From assembly GCA_973851085.1 (NCBI GenBank), contig OZ316776.1:3534001-3598000 (forward strand): a DNA stretch of 64,000 nt, written 5' to 3'. This DNA is from Ptychomitrium polyphyllum (lineage: Eukaryota). Below are positions 27,596 to 39,900 of the stretch, in pieces. Under the pieces are notes generated by a model, which saw nothing but the letters and a program-made list of their open reading frames with translations, did no database searches and was not told the DNA's origin. Every line of letters begins with the position of its first letter. The stretch's first letter is position 1. The translations under genes and the position numbers were made by a program.

Positions 27596-28822
27596 CTATT
27601 TCACCACGTCCTCATGTCCAGTCATGTTTCCAATTGCCTGTCATGACTTTTTAAACAGAGTAAGTAAATAAATCAAAAGGATCTGCAACAAAGTCTGACA
27701 ATGTTTTAAAAGATGTAATCGATCTGTCTGCCGTGGACACCGATGAGGTACAAAACTCGAACTAAAAGGTGAGTGTTGGCTAATTACCTTGAAGTTCATG
27801 GTCTCTGGTGCAGCACTGTAAAGGAACTCGTAGAGTTCATTGTAAGAGGGTCGTTGTTCCTCATCCTGTCGTGTCACCAGCTCTGCAAAGATATATTTGT
27901 TTCTTAATGCAGAGACTGCTTGGGCTTCAGAGTTCTCTTGTTGCTCATCCGGTTTCCCGAATCTGGTGAGGAGAATGGACGCAGGTGACAGACCGAGCAA
28001 TGCCACCAGCTCCTTGTCTCTCAGCATCTCATCCACAAACTCGTTCCACATCTTGGTTTTGCTGAAGAACTGTGGCGAAATACTGTGGATTTCCTGCATG
28101 AAACTCCAGAGATTATTTTCAAAATTCTGGTCTTCGCCATAGCGATGGTCAATCGCCTTTTCATACACACGCAGGCGGAGAGCTCTCTGATGTCTGGCGT
28201 GGAGTGCAGTCGCAGAGAGTTTTCTACAGATGCCTTCTCGGACTTGGTCATGAAAGTGACGAAGGTATATGCTTCGCATTGGAGAGAGAAGAAGCGCATC
28301 TTGTTCTTCCTGCCGGTTCTGGGCGTCCAAAATTTGTTGCTCTTGGAGGTTAATCTTGGACTCCAGCAGTTTGATCTTTTCCGTGAGGTCCCAAAGATTG
28401 AGTTCCAGGACCTGCGTCTTGCGCGTCGCAACAGCGTACTTGTTATAAAGGTCTTCCACTTTGGCTAGAATCTCAAAACCTTCACTGATGTGGTCCTCAT
28501 CCAGGACTCGTTTGAGTTCGGCATGATCATGGCAGTCGTGATCAACAGATCCACAGATTTCCGCGGCTAGATCTGGGTCCGAAAAAGCGTTGATATAATT
28601 CTCAACTTTGTGGGGTTCTTTCACACGTGCGGCTACTTGCTCACTAATCTGTTTCAAGCTAATCTTTTCGTCATCATGTTGGTTGACGCTGCTAAACAAC
28701 GAGTTTACTGTGCATTTATCTAGAAATGAGGCCAGATTGAGCGGAGGGGTCTGCTCCTCGGTTACTCTCCCTTCAATAGGGTGCCGGCGCACCAAGGTCG
28801 ATTCAATCGACGTCCCCTCCAT
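27596..28822 (-). CDS. Uncharacterised coiled-coil protein, about 360 aa, probably 2 exons
   Basis: Lies within the 454-codon ORF 27641-29005. Likely ATG at 28822 (or 28837). Donor AAG|GTAATT at 27788 and acceptor CAG|GCA at 27637 give the last exon AIGNMTGHEDVVK* (TAG 27596-27598). Heptad-rich segment LELNLWDLTEKIKLLESKINLQEQQILDAQNRQEEQD. Family not recognised. Confidence 0.65.
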
Positions 28823-30526
28823 CTCTCGCAATGACATTAAAGCTGCCTCAAGGTACCATAGCCGATACCGTCTGGATGCTGAAGGTACGACATATTCCCT
28901 CCGAGAATTTTGTAGAAGTTCACAAGCAAATATTATGAATACAGCTATGCAAGTGTCCTGCTGTGCCGCATGTGATGAATGTTGCCATAGTTTTCCGTCT
29001 ATCACTTCCAGACTTGAACAATACCATAGCGAAGTAACCCGTGTTTAAACAAGGTAACCTGTTAAACATACAGCTAGTACTGAAATATTGTTCGTCACAT
29101 GCGCGGATACTATTAAAAATCAATGCCGTACCTCTTAAAAATCTATCTCCTGATCCTGTACCCTATTTCCTCCACTTTCCCTCCGTTGTATTCAATCTGT
29201 CAAGACTCGAAAACAGCAAGCCACAACGTCGCGATTTATTTTGCTTTACTGTAGGGGGCACTTAGATGAAACACTTCGTGCAGGTTGTCCAACAATAGTT
29301 CAATCGGAAGCAACCCATACCCACATGCTAAAAGACCCTGGCTAGAAGAACCTTCACTTCTGGAAGAGGAGCTATGGTGGAGGGACACAGCCGCCCGGGA
29401 AGGTCAACCGTTTTTAAACGGTAGAAGTTCGCTTCACATGTCCAGAACTGAAAATTTCCATACTGGGTGGTCCTTGGTGACTAGATTCCAAGTTTAGAGC
29501 CACGCCATGACATTTGCACTAACCTGAAATTTTCAGTGTCATAACCATTCTTGAATCGTCAGAAACCCGAACTCTATTGGCGTTGCTAAAACTATTCAGC
29601 TGAAGCCCATGCTGAAGCTACGGTGGATTCTTGTGATGAGATTTTTGGTTGTCACTTGAAATGAAACGTCTTCTGCTGTTTACCATCTCCAAGCCATCGT
29701 ACGAACACTTGGAAGCCTCATGGACAAAAAGTAACATCATGTAACACCCTTTCATACTGGAGAGTACAGGATTATCACATCATGAGTTCGTTGAGATTGC
29801 TCTAAACTAAATATCCATCGAATGCATGACAAGTTCCTATTAAGAATTTTTGCGAGACCATACAGAAAAAAACATTAAGTTCGAAAGTTGATACACAACA
29901 GCGACTCAGATCTTTAACTTGGTGAAAATTACAAGGTTGTTTTGACCTCCTAATCATACTACTGACACGCCAAATCAACGAATTATTCGAAGAATTCTGG
30001 TAAACCCTCTAACTCATCCTTAGCTCTAATCTGCAAAATAATTCGGGATCTGCTGTGTCCCTGTCCCTAGCTAGTCTAAAAGACAAACCAAACAAACATG
30101 CGAATGTTTGCAACATACTCCTCAGATCTCACAGAATGCCGTACTCACTCATTAGCCTATAACAGATGGAGACCACCACTTCAAGCTTTGCAACATTAAA
30201 AATCCTATAGTTCGCTACTCTATCCACGATAATTCAAAAGTGGACATGCAAAGCATGATTAATATAGATAAATTCTAAGATACTGAGACATAATAAGCCC
30301 AAAGCCAGTCTCGATGTGTACCACACTGGCTGCTCATTCGAAACAGTATCCGGATGCTCGTGCATGGTCGTCAGAAGACACAGAAGTCTCATAAGCAGAA
30401 GTTAACACCCGCACTAAGTGCACCCCTTTGCACGACTGAATCTGACTTGATTCACATTATCATTTGATCCGCCCACGACACAAAAAACATATACCCGCAT
30501 GTTTCAAATATCCACGAAACATGCAC

Positions 30527-31614
30527 TCACAATACTTCAATGGCAGAAGCCACCCTAGATGATGTTAGACTTTGTGAAGGTGCAGACTCTTGAAAGTCCT
30601 CCTGCAATACAAATGCTGACAACGTCAAAAATCGCCCTTACTTTAATCGTTGAAGCTATTGAACACTAGCGCATCACGGCAACCAAACCAACCAGAAAAA
30701 TAAAGGTACCACGAATAAAATACCACGTAAGCTAATATCACGTAGCTGCTTAACGACAGCATTGACCAAGCACTCATGCTATGGATGTGGGAGCATTAAC
30801 TCCGTTCCTGTGGGCCTTTGAAGAGCGAGAAAAACTTTTAGAATTATATGAAAGAGTTTCAGGAGCCAGGATGCATGCCAGTTACATACGACCAGGCGGA
30901 GTTGCACAAGACATGCCTTTGGGATGTATCTGGAAACAACGATTAGTTGATATTGGTACTGCACAGCAAGCTTTGGATTGAGAAAGTTGAAGCCAAAACA
31001 TAACCTACCGGGTTGTAAACCACTGTGATGTATAGAGAGCAGCTGGGACAGCGCGCAATTTCTTCGCCAATCTTAAGATCAGCCTGCAAGATGCAAACAG
31101 ATTCATCAAAAATAAAAAAACACCATTAAGATCATCGACTGCCAGAAATTTCATGCAAAATCTAAATTTGTCCAAAACTGTGGAAAGCAGTGTCAGTAGC
31201 GTCATAAAAACAGAGAATTGTAAAGAAAATTTTCACTACAGAGTATTACAGTAGTGATAAGATTCATAACGACTGGGTCGTTATCAAACCCTAATGTCCA
31301 AATATTTCATAAGAGAAACACAAACCCCATCTGGAGTCAAAAACCATCACGCCATAGAATCTTCTCACAAATAATAAAACGAATACTACAAAATACCTAA
31401 ACAACTGAAAAAACTAAAACGACTTCAATAAATTAGGGCTTCACCCTGAAGGACCACTAAACCCCTAGAAACCCTAACGCCGAAACACAATCCACCAGCT
31501 AAAGCAACACACCTTTGTAATCTGAAAGAGGTCGCCGCAGGGGCAGGGATACGTGAAAGCTTGAAGCTCGTCGTTCCACTCCATATCCTCGATTTCCACA
31601 TCGTCGTACGACAT
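30527..31614 (-). CDS. DPH3: Diphthamide biosynthesis protein 3 (DPH3/KTI11, CSL zinc finger), 83 aa
   Basis: Exons 31614-31513 ([34 protein letters not shown]), 31083-31009 ([25 protein letters not shown]) and 30601-30527 (EDFQ...IEVL*). All GT-AG, phase 0. CPCG...CPSCSL signature present. Confidence 0.95.
30772..30981 (+). pseudogene. nad7: nad7 (complex I 49-kDa subunit) fragment, probably a mitochondrial insertion (NUMT), inside DPH3 intron 2 in antisense orientation
   Basis: Translates as [51 protein letters not shown](C)[17 protein letters not shown], closely matching recalled plant mitochondrial Nad7. Relative to that protein, a block of about 27 aa after PLG and 2 aa after DIGT are missing. 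Codons are A/T-ending, organelle-like. Confidence 0.92.
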
Positions 31615-32249
31615 CTTCACGACTTGGCAGAGTAGCTCCGGTTGTGCGCTGCAGCTCCTGGTGAAGATACCGAGTTTCCTAGTGTCCTTCCATGCAAACC
31701 TAAGAGTAATGCAAATTGAGATCCACCACAATGGAAGATTGCCTTCGGTGACGAGCGTCTCCCTCAGGAATCCTGGTTTCAGAAAACAATTCTGGGTCAA
31801 ATATTTGGTATGTTACAAAATGAACCAACGCACAGCACAATACCTGATATAACCCTCTAACGTATACACCAATCCTCTGTTTCAATCGTCTACCGGATAT
31901 CTACTAATCCACACCGTCGCTGAGGTCGACCACCCCTGTTACCTGCAAACTGCAAACGAAGTTCATGCGGTACTAGAAGTTTAGACATGACTTACACTGA
32001 AGCTTGAACCAAACCAAAATCAGGTTGAAAAAAACAAATCCTCAAAAGCTAATCACCAGTGAAGGGAACTGGCATGTGGAAAATCTGCTTCACGCACTGT
32101 CATCATGGGAGGCAAAGAAGGAGCATCCAACACTAGTTCCGTCAGACGGCGAGTCTAGGTCTATGTAATGAACTCATCAGAAACATAACAACAACAGAAA
32201 CTGGTCAAGCTGCCATCCATGTAGCAAAGTCAAGGCTAAACCAAAATAT

Positions 32250-32345
32250 AAAGCATGATGAACCGGATATGAAACAACTTCATTGAAATCTCCCATACAC
32301 ACGATCTTCCCATCCTTATTTAGGGCTTCGTCCAAGACCGACGAG
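32250..32345 (-). mobile_element. Possible LINE apurinic-endonuclease relic
   Basis: ORF 32177-32374 contains IVCMGDFNEV, resembling the GDFN motif of L1-type endonucleases. No other LINE motifs seen nearby. Confidence 0.25.
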
Positions 32346-34566
32346 TTTAGGATTCCACGCCGATAGTGCTTCACCGCTTGGGCGACTTCGGTGCGCCTCC
32401 GTCACAGGGCTCCTTCCGTCCAGGCGGTCCGCCTTTCATTGAACTTTATGCGTTTGCTTTTTACTTTTATTTTAAAGAGCGGGAGCACCTATTACCATCA
32501 TTTGAGGTTAAGATTTTACTTTTCCATTTTAGGCCGTTGTTGCGCAAGCAAAAATTCCTGTGCATATGTAAAATGTAACCTACGAAGTATGTAATCTACT
32601 TTTAGAAGCTTTCAATGATATTTTCGAGGAGTAATTAGATATGGAAATGGATGCTTTAATTTGTATAAACATATATAAATTAATCTTCAGATGTACACAT
32701 GGGTAAAGTTAATTTATGTGTTACATTGAGTCTTAAATAAATGATTAAAATATTGTATAAAACGACCATATTACATGTTAATTATAAAAATGAAGAAAAA
32801 ACTTGATTCAAAACATTTTGTAATTTATAAACATAGAAAAAGATGTTATTATAAAATAGGAATTTGAAGGGATAACTTTTTTTTTGGATTGAATACTAAA
32901 GGATTATAGAAAAGAGTGCATATAGACCTTGATTTTTTTATGTTACATTCACAAATGTCTTTTCTAATATGATACTAATACTTTAATTTCTATAAAATAA
33001 AATAAAATAAAATATTATGAAGAGTTTAATACAATACAATACCTCATAATTTAAAGGTTATACAAAATTCTACACAAGACAGGAACTTCAATCTCAAACC
33101 GATTTTATTACGTACATTACTTTTTATCAAAATATTGAAAATTGAGTAATTTTGCAATCAATGTGATATTCTCCCATACTAAAGAAACTCTTTATTTCTT
33201 AAATGTATACTAGAATTTGTTTGTAAGGGGGTCATGATCCCTGTGGCTCTGCAAAGAACCAATGATCATACAAAACCACAAAAGGAATATGCCATGGTTG
33301 CCCCAAGTATATCTTTGCAAATTATAAACACTCGACTTGGACAGAGATGAGGCAGCAGTGAGCTGTTGATTAGTTACGATACGCTCTACAAGACATTGCA
33401 TTGTGTCTCCACTGGTCACAACGAAGGCGTCGATCCTACTCAGGTTTATGAGGTCAGTCTTGTGATCAATAGTTATTTTCAATCAACCCCCTGGAGAAAG
33501 ATTGATCATAGCTTCACCTGATAAGGTTTCACGGGTCACAAGGATTCAATGTAAGAGCCATTGATTAATACCTTCGGATCTCTTTCCTCCTTCACGATCG
33601 TCGCTCTCTCTACTAAAGGACAATGTCACTACTGCAAATGATGCTATTGCGAAATAACACATCACGTATCCGTTCCACAAACTCGATTCCCGTTACCATA
33701 TGTTACTACAGTTTAATCTTCAAGAAAATCGAAGGAAGTCTTTGAATTTAAAGCACCACGGAAAATATGAAAAATCATAGCAAAGCTGGCCTTGACATGT
33801 CCAGATGTTTGGCTGCCAGATATGAGGTGTGGGGAGGGGAGGAGTGGAGATGGATTTATAAATTGAAACTCTTGGCAACCAAGAACCGTGCACCTGCCAG
33901 GGTTATAATTTGTCCTTGCAAAACCGAATTACCCCAAATTAAACACGTCACTCATCTTGCAGTCCAATCTTCTCGCTTGAGTTCTCTTATGATACAGCTG
34001 AACGTACAAAATATCTTTGTATACAATATAATTTAGAACCCCAGCCTCGTAAGAAGTTCTAAATTGAACTAAAAAACTCTTAATAACATCAATCAATTGT
34101 CAAATTCACTGGCCTGACATCTACGAACATGTAATCATTCTTGATGTCTTCACGCGATACTGCTTGTTTTAAGGATATGGTTAACTTCTTGTATACACCT
34201 CGTGCAATGGTTGCATGTCTGCACAACACAAGTTCAGCACCAGGATATAGCTCTTTACGTTACTCAGATGAGATAAAGACACTCATGAGAACAGCAATAG
34301 AACTTTACAAATATTATTACGCCCGGGGAGCACTTACCTTCGGGTAATGCAGAATCTAATTTCAACTAACTTCCTTGAAGTTTCTAAATAAGCAGGTCAG
34401 GAAGGGGTAGGGTCAAAAATTCATTCTAACTAACGGGGGGGTTAAGGGCTCCCAGGCGCTGTCTTGGACTACCTATTGTTTCTCTTACAATCTACTCACC
34501 TACAGATTTTGGCGTACTAAAATGGCTGCAAGGTTTCGGGCTAAAAGCAAACGACCACCAAGGGCT

Positions 34567-35730
34567 TCATAGGTCGATCTTCTGTTTTCCAGCTGCTTTT
34601 GCTCGTCTTGCGGACTGAATCTTCTCCTGCATGTTTTCTACATCCTGATCATGATGCTCCTCGTATCTTGTCGCTTCAAGGGCTCCCGGTTCAGCCTGGC
34701 TCTTTTTTATTGATCTCTGTAGTGCCTCCACTTCCTCCCATTTTCCTTTGTCATTGATCTGAGATGCTGAGGCCCCGGCCTGATGATTTTTCTCTATCCT
34801 CTCTCTATTCTGACGATCCTCCAATACTTCTCTGGCACTGACCATGGCTTCCGTTAAACTCGCTCTTATTGCTATCTCAAGTGCCTCGTCTTCGTCAATA
34901 TAATCTGGTTGCAGCTCATCTCTTGCAGCTGCCGCTCTTCTTTCTGCTGATCTCACTGCTACCATCTGAGCTCGCTCGTCTGCTGGTTCGTGATGAGCTA
35001 ATACCTTCTTTGCTGAGTCGGAACTCGTCATTTTAAGAATTTCTTTTAGGCTTCTTGTCTCCTGCTTTGCCCCATCCAAGACGCCTGTTAGATGTTTAGT
35101 CTCAGCTACAGTACTCTGTTCTGGTGCTCCCTCAGCAGCCAGATAGTCAATCCCAGGTAGATGGTACACTCTACCCTGTCGTGGAGCTTTCGTCCAGTTG
35201 TGAGGATTTGAAGCCTGATCAATGAGCTCGGTATATGCTTTTGCAGCTTTTGAAAGTTTTTCTCCCATATCCTGAGCATGATATTTTCGGCCAACTCCTT
35301 TCCAGTTCTTCTGTTTGGTTGCTTTAGCCTCAGCGAAGGCTTTCAGGCGTGCATAATTCGAGTATCCTCTAGGCTGTCGTAGTAAGTCTAGTGCAAATAC
35401 TTCATCATCAACACTTTCAAGCGCCTCGGCTTGCTCTTTAATCGATTTTCTCGTAAAGATGAATGTGATGCTCTTCTTTAAGGGATCTCTCCGCAATTTC
35501 ACCTCTCCGGGAACGACTCTCTTTCTCCTCAGCGTCCACGTTCTCCTCTTCGTCGTTCTCTGTCTCAGGTCTTTCTCCTCATCCTCCGTCTCTCCCTCAC
35601 TCGTCCCTTTCTCCTCATCCTCCGTCTCTCCCTCACTCGTCCCTTTCTCCTCATCCTCCGACTCTCCTTCACTCGTCTCTTTCTCCTCTCTCTCCATCTC
35701 TTCCTCACTCTCCATCTCTCCCTCACTCAT
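34567..35730 (-). CDS. Intronless orphan ORF, 387 aa, with acidic repeat N-terminus, basic NLS-like patch and ubiquitin-interacting motif; possibly TE-encoded
   Basis: Uninterrupted ATG-to-TGA ORF. About 3 copies of TSEGETEDEEKG, then KRRTWTLRRKR. UIM-like DEDEALEIAIRASLTE is encoded at 34849-34896. Confidence 0.6.
   Translation of the reverse strand: MSEGEMESEEEMEREEKETSEGESEDEEKGTSEGETEDEEKGTSEGETEDEEKDLRQRTTKRRTWTLRRKRVVPGEVKLRRDPLKKSITFIFTRKSIKEQAEALESVDDEVFALDLLRQPRGYSNYARLKAFAEAKATKQKNWKGVGRKYHAQDMGEKLSKAAKAYTELIDQASNPHNWTKAPRQGRVYHLPGIDYLAAEGAPEQSTVAETKHLTGVLDGAKQETRSLKEILKMTSSDSAKKVLAHHEPADERAQMVAVRSAERRAAAARDELQPDYIDEDEALEIAIRASLTEAMVSAREVLEDRQNRERIEKNHQAGASASQINDKGKWEEVEALQRSIKKSQAEPGALEATRYEEHHDQDVENMQEKIQSARRAKAAGKQKIDL
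35571..35678. repeat. 36-bp coding minisatellite (3 copies)
   Basis: CTTTCTCCTCATCCTCCGTCTCTCCCTCACTCGTCC at 35571 and 35607, plus a diverged copy at 35643. Encodes the 12-aa acidic repeat on the - strand. Confidence 0.92.
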
Positions 35731-36952
35731 TCCTTACTCCTCTCTCCAACTCTCACTCCACCTAGATCACTAGAGTAAAATTCATCAAACATTAGTACGG
35801 ACGTACTTCAATCTCAAAGAAATAAGGTTCTAAAACTCACGCTGACAGCCATATCACATATTAGGACATTATTCCAAATAAACAAGGCTCTAAAACTCAT
35901 CTTCATGCACAGCCAGGGGTCACCGCCAGCTCCAGAAACCTCTCTTCGAAATGCGTACTCGCAATCTAACTGAGACTCTCAATCCAGATCACCAACGCCA
36001 CCTCCAGAAACCGATCGAAGCAAAACATAAAGCGCAATCTCTTGACTCCTCCTCTACTGCCAATTCTGAAGACCTCCACGGCTGCACAAGAGTCGCTCTT
36101 AACGATGCTCAATGGGATTGAACTCGAACTGTACAATCTAGAACTCCCGGCTAGCATCCGCATGCCCTCGAACTCGACTTGTCTCATACTACGAAATGCA
36201 AATATACTGAAGTTAAGGCAATTCAAACGAATCGTCCACGAAGTAAACTCGTTCGCTCATGAGTACAACAGAATCAGCGTTCGCGTCCGTTCTTCGCTAT
36301 TTTGTCGTTCCCAACTTTTCTCGATCAAAATGTTGACAATTATGGGTGTGGGATTTTAAACTTAAAACCGTCACTGCTTCATAAACTAACATCTCCTGCC
36401 ATAACGCATATAAATTCATTGTATATACGAAACCTGCGAAGATAGTGTCTGTATTAGATGCAGTGACGATCCGTTTCTGTATATACTTCTGAAATGATCC
36501 ATGCTGATGTAGATTTGGAAGAGTCAAATGTTTGGTTGCGGTTGATCCGTTGTCGTTTTTTGGGGCAGTGACGGATTTCGATCTGCATCACTGGTGTATG
36601 GGTTCGTGAAACACTCCCTCGCAGGTGGTGGTGGTGGCTGTATGCTGCCCAGTCTCACCACCAAAAATCGAAACCCGCCATAGCCACTCACTCTCACCCA
36701 CGCACCCACGCACGCAACAATTGCTCCGAACAGAGCTTCGACAGCATCAATCCATCATTTCTCAGCGAGCTTCCCCGCGAAGGTAGTGGCGGGAGGAGTG
36801 ATTTCAGTTGCTTGTGGTTGCGGAGCGTGGTAAGGTCACTCTGTGTCCGGAGGGGAAGGCGGATCATTGGCGCCCGTGGTGGAGGAGAGAATTGTGGCAT
36901 CCATATGTAGTCCGCGGTTAGGAAGGACGTTCTTGTTACGGTCATTGTGAGG

Positions 36953-39900
36953 ATGCATTCGGCTGTGTGCAGCAGCGTGTCGGCGGGCGTGAGTAGGCCG
37001 TTCGTGGACAGTTATTGTTGTAGCGTGCGCAAGGGCAGTCTTGGCGTGAATTGTAGTCAGGGTTTGAGTAGGCCGGGCTTTGGTGTGGTTAGGAATTTAA
37101 GAGAGGGATTGGAATTTTTTGGAGTAGTGAGGATAGGCGGTGTTGAGAGGGTTAGGGTGGTGTGGACGCTGGGAGGAGGGTCGGGAGTTTTTTTGATTCC
37201 GAAGGCATTCGCGTCGACTTCTGAGGAGAGTGCCTCGCAGAACGGTAATGTAGGTAGGAGCGAGAATGAGTCCATGGAGGCGAGGGGAAGGGATGAGGGA
37301 GCTAAGAGTAGTGGTGGCGGGGAGCAGGGGCAAAACCTTGTCCATGCGCTTCATGAGGCAGCTACTGTATTTCAGTCCGCAATGGAGGAGCAAAAGTCGC
37401 TTACTCGCGGCCCTTGGTTTGCGCAGAAGTGGCTTGGTATTGACAAGAATGCCTGGATGAGGGCTCTCGGTTACCAGGCAATCACTCATGCACAAAGTTT
37501 TAGATGACAGCCAACAGTTCAGTATAATATAATTCTCAATTTGCTCTGCTTAGGTCAAGTAGGTTCAATCGATTTCTCAGATTAAAGATCAATCAGATCA
37601 GTCAATCCAAGAGTTGTTAAACTGCTTTGGAAACTTACGAGAGCAGATTGCTTTCCTGATTGAGATTGTTTTCTTTCCGTCGGAAGGGAAGGATCTCCCT
37701 GTTATTTGTTTGTTTTCATATTTTGGTTATTTCGGATTTCTATAGACTTGCGAGCAGACTTGTGCTATTCGGTCTAATCTCACAACACCTTATAGAGAAT
37801 GAAATTCTTAAGGTAATTTTTATTGTAATAAAGGTTTCATGACTCCGTATTCATCAGGAAAGGTTTCTAAAGTTTGCAGTGTCGTAGGTTCTAAAGAGCT
37901 GCTGAATTTTGAATGTTATTAATCTCATTGGCCACGTTCTCTTGCTTCCCGACTTACAGGCTGCTGTGCATTCGCTACTTCAAGCTGTTCAAGAGATTGC
38001 AGCGCGTGGTGAAGGACGAGACAGGGATGTTCATGTTTTGGTCCAGCGTAGGTTAGTCATTTCTGTCCATCTTACAGCAAAATGAACATATATGTATACC
38101 AGACTCTGATACGTTGAGTTAAACCTGTGATAATAACGGGTGGATTCGAATGCATCTATGTTGAGCGCGTTTGTCCGTAATTGTCATTACGACTAGGGTT
38201 GTACTCCCCTATAAGTGTGACTTCGTGCTTTTCTTCCTAATTGTTACATTGCAAGTTTGCTTGTTCTCTAATTTTAGATGCTGTACTGTGTCCAGCACAA
38301 TGCGTCAATCTGCACCACTTAGAGACTTAATTCGGCAGGAGTTGTCTACAAGGGACCCCTCGGCTGATGATTGGTTATGGCGCCAGCAACACCCTCAGGC
38401 AGTGGCCAGCTTTGTCAGTATCCTGGAGAAAAACAGGCGTTATACTGCTGTGACCTCTACGTATGCTCTTTTTCTAGCACTTGAAACCTAATGCCGGACA
38501 AAATTCCTCTTGCAAATCTACGATCTATTTTTTAGATATTTGGCGTTTTTTAAACAATTTTATTTACGTTTGCTAAGTGCACTGTGCTGCTAAAAGGCAG
38601 TAAGTAATACGTTTTCATTTTTCTGTTCATGAGCTGAATGGAGTAGCATCAGCTATAATTCAGGCCTGTCTGTGGTGCAGTTTTAAGCCTTCCATACTTA
38701 TTTGTAGTGTTATTTATAGAGAATTGTTCTTTTTGTATACATTTCTTCGGCATAGTAGGGTTTGCGCTGTTTCGCCTGCTTAGAAAAGCTCTCTTTCGTT
38801 GGCAAGCAGAGGATGGGAAGGGACTGCTACAAGTCCAAGCAATACAAGTGATGTGGCGCTTCTGAGTCTTTCTCTCAGCAGCAGTGCAGCCATTACGAAG
38901 CTAGGTGCGACAGCAGTGTCTTGTCCTCCATTTACAACTTTGCTTCCCGAGGAGATCAGTCGGCAAATGCTAAAGCTGCCTGAGTGCATGTCCATAGAGG
39001 AAGTATATACGTTCTCGTGTAATGTAGGATTCAAGCGTCAGTTTCTCGACAATTTTGGAGCTAGAGCAGCAGAGGTGAAAAAGTGGCAGGCTAATGAGAA
39101 AGAAGGGGCCTTTTGGATCAATCTTATACAGCAGCTGCTGTGTGCAGCTTTAGTTAGGGAAGGTGTACATTTAAAGCTGCAAGTGACTGACGGTGTTGAG
39201 GTGAAGTGTCTTCCATCACTATAATCTTTGCCCATATGGTTCAATCTATGATCAATGCATGTTTTACAACAAATGGCATCTATTATATAAAATCTGAAGT
39301 GGGTGTAAGACGGGTGGTTTTGTAAGTTAACCATACATGGTGTAAGGACATCATTTCTTTCGCAAGTTTGTATTGTAGCGAGTAGCCTTCTAGATGGATC
39401 AGTTTGGTTACGGAGTCTGGTTCATATATGTCTATAGTAATAATAACTGGTTTGTGCAAAGAAAGCATGGAGCACTGAAGTGAGTCAACTGTTCATGCTC
39501 AAAGGGGTCCATTATTCTCTATCTTTTCTTATCCCAGAATGGGCATGCAGGATTTACAGAAGGACTTAGGGCTGTTCGGGTTTTTCGTTGCTTTGGGAAG
39601 AAGCACTCGGGCCTTCCTGGCGAGCAGAGGGGTAGGGGATTCCGAAGAGTCACTTGCAAGCCTATTACGGTACTTGTCTCTACATCTTCTGTCAGCTTGG
39701 AGTGAACTTGCAAGTCAGTAGCAAAATGTCTTTTGTTTGGTTCTCGGAATACGTCAAAGTCAGTTTAAAACTAAGAGGTGATTAATCTACGATCTGAAAT
39801 ATGCTTCATGTGCTTGATTCCTGCAGATACTTAGATGGTGGTAGTGTATTATTTTATCCGCAACTTGCAAGGGTATCCTCTTACCAGCTCTTTGTGGAGG

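Noticed and set aside
30781..30981. Functional nuclear NAD7 exon or gene
   Set aside because: It covers only a small part of the protein, lacks a conserved internal block, ends in a stop, and has no further nad7 exons in the window.
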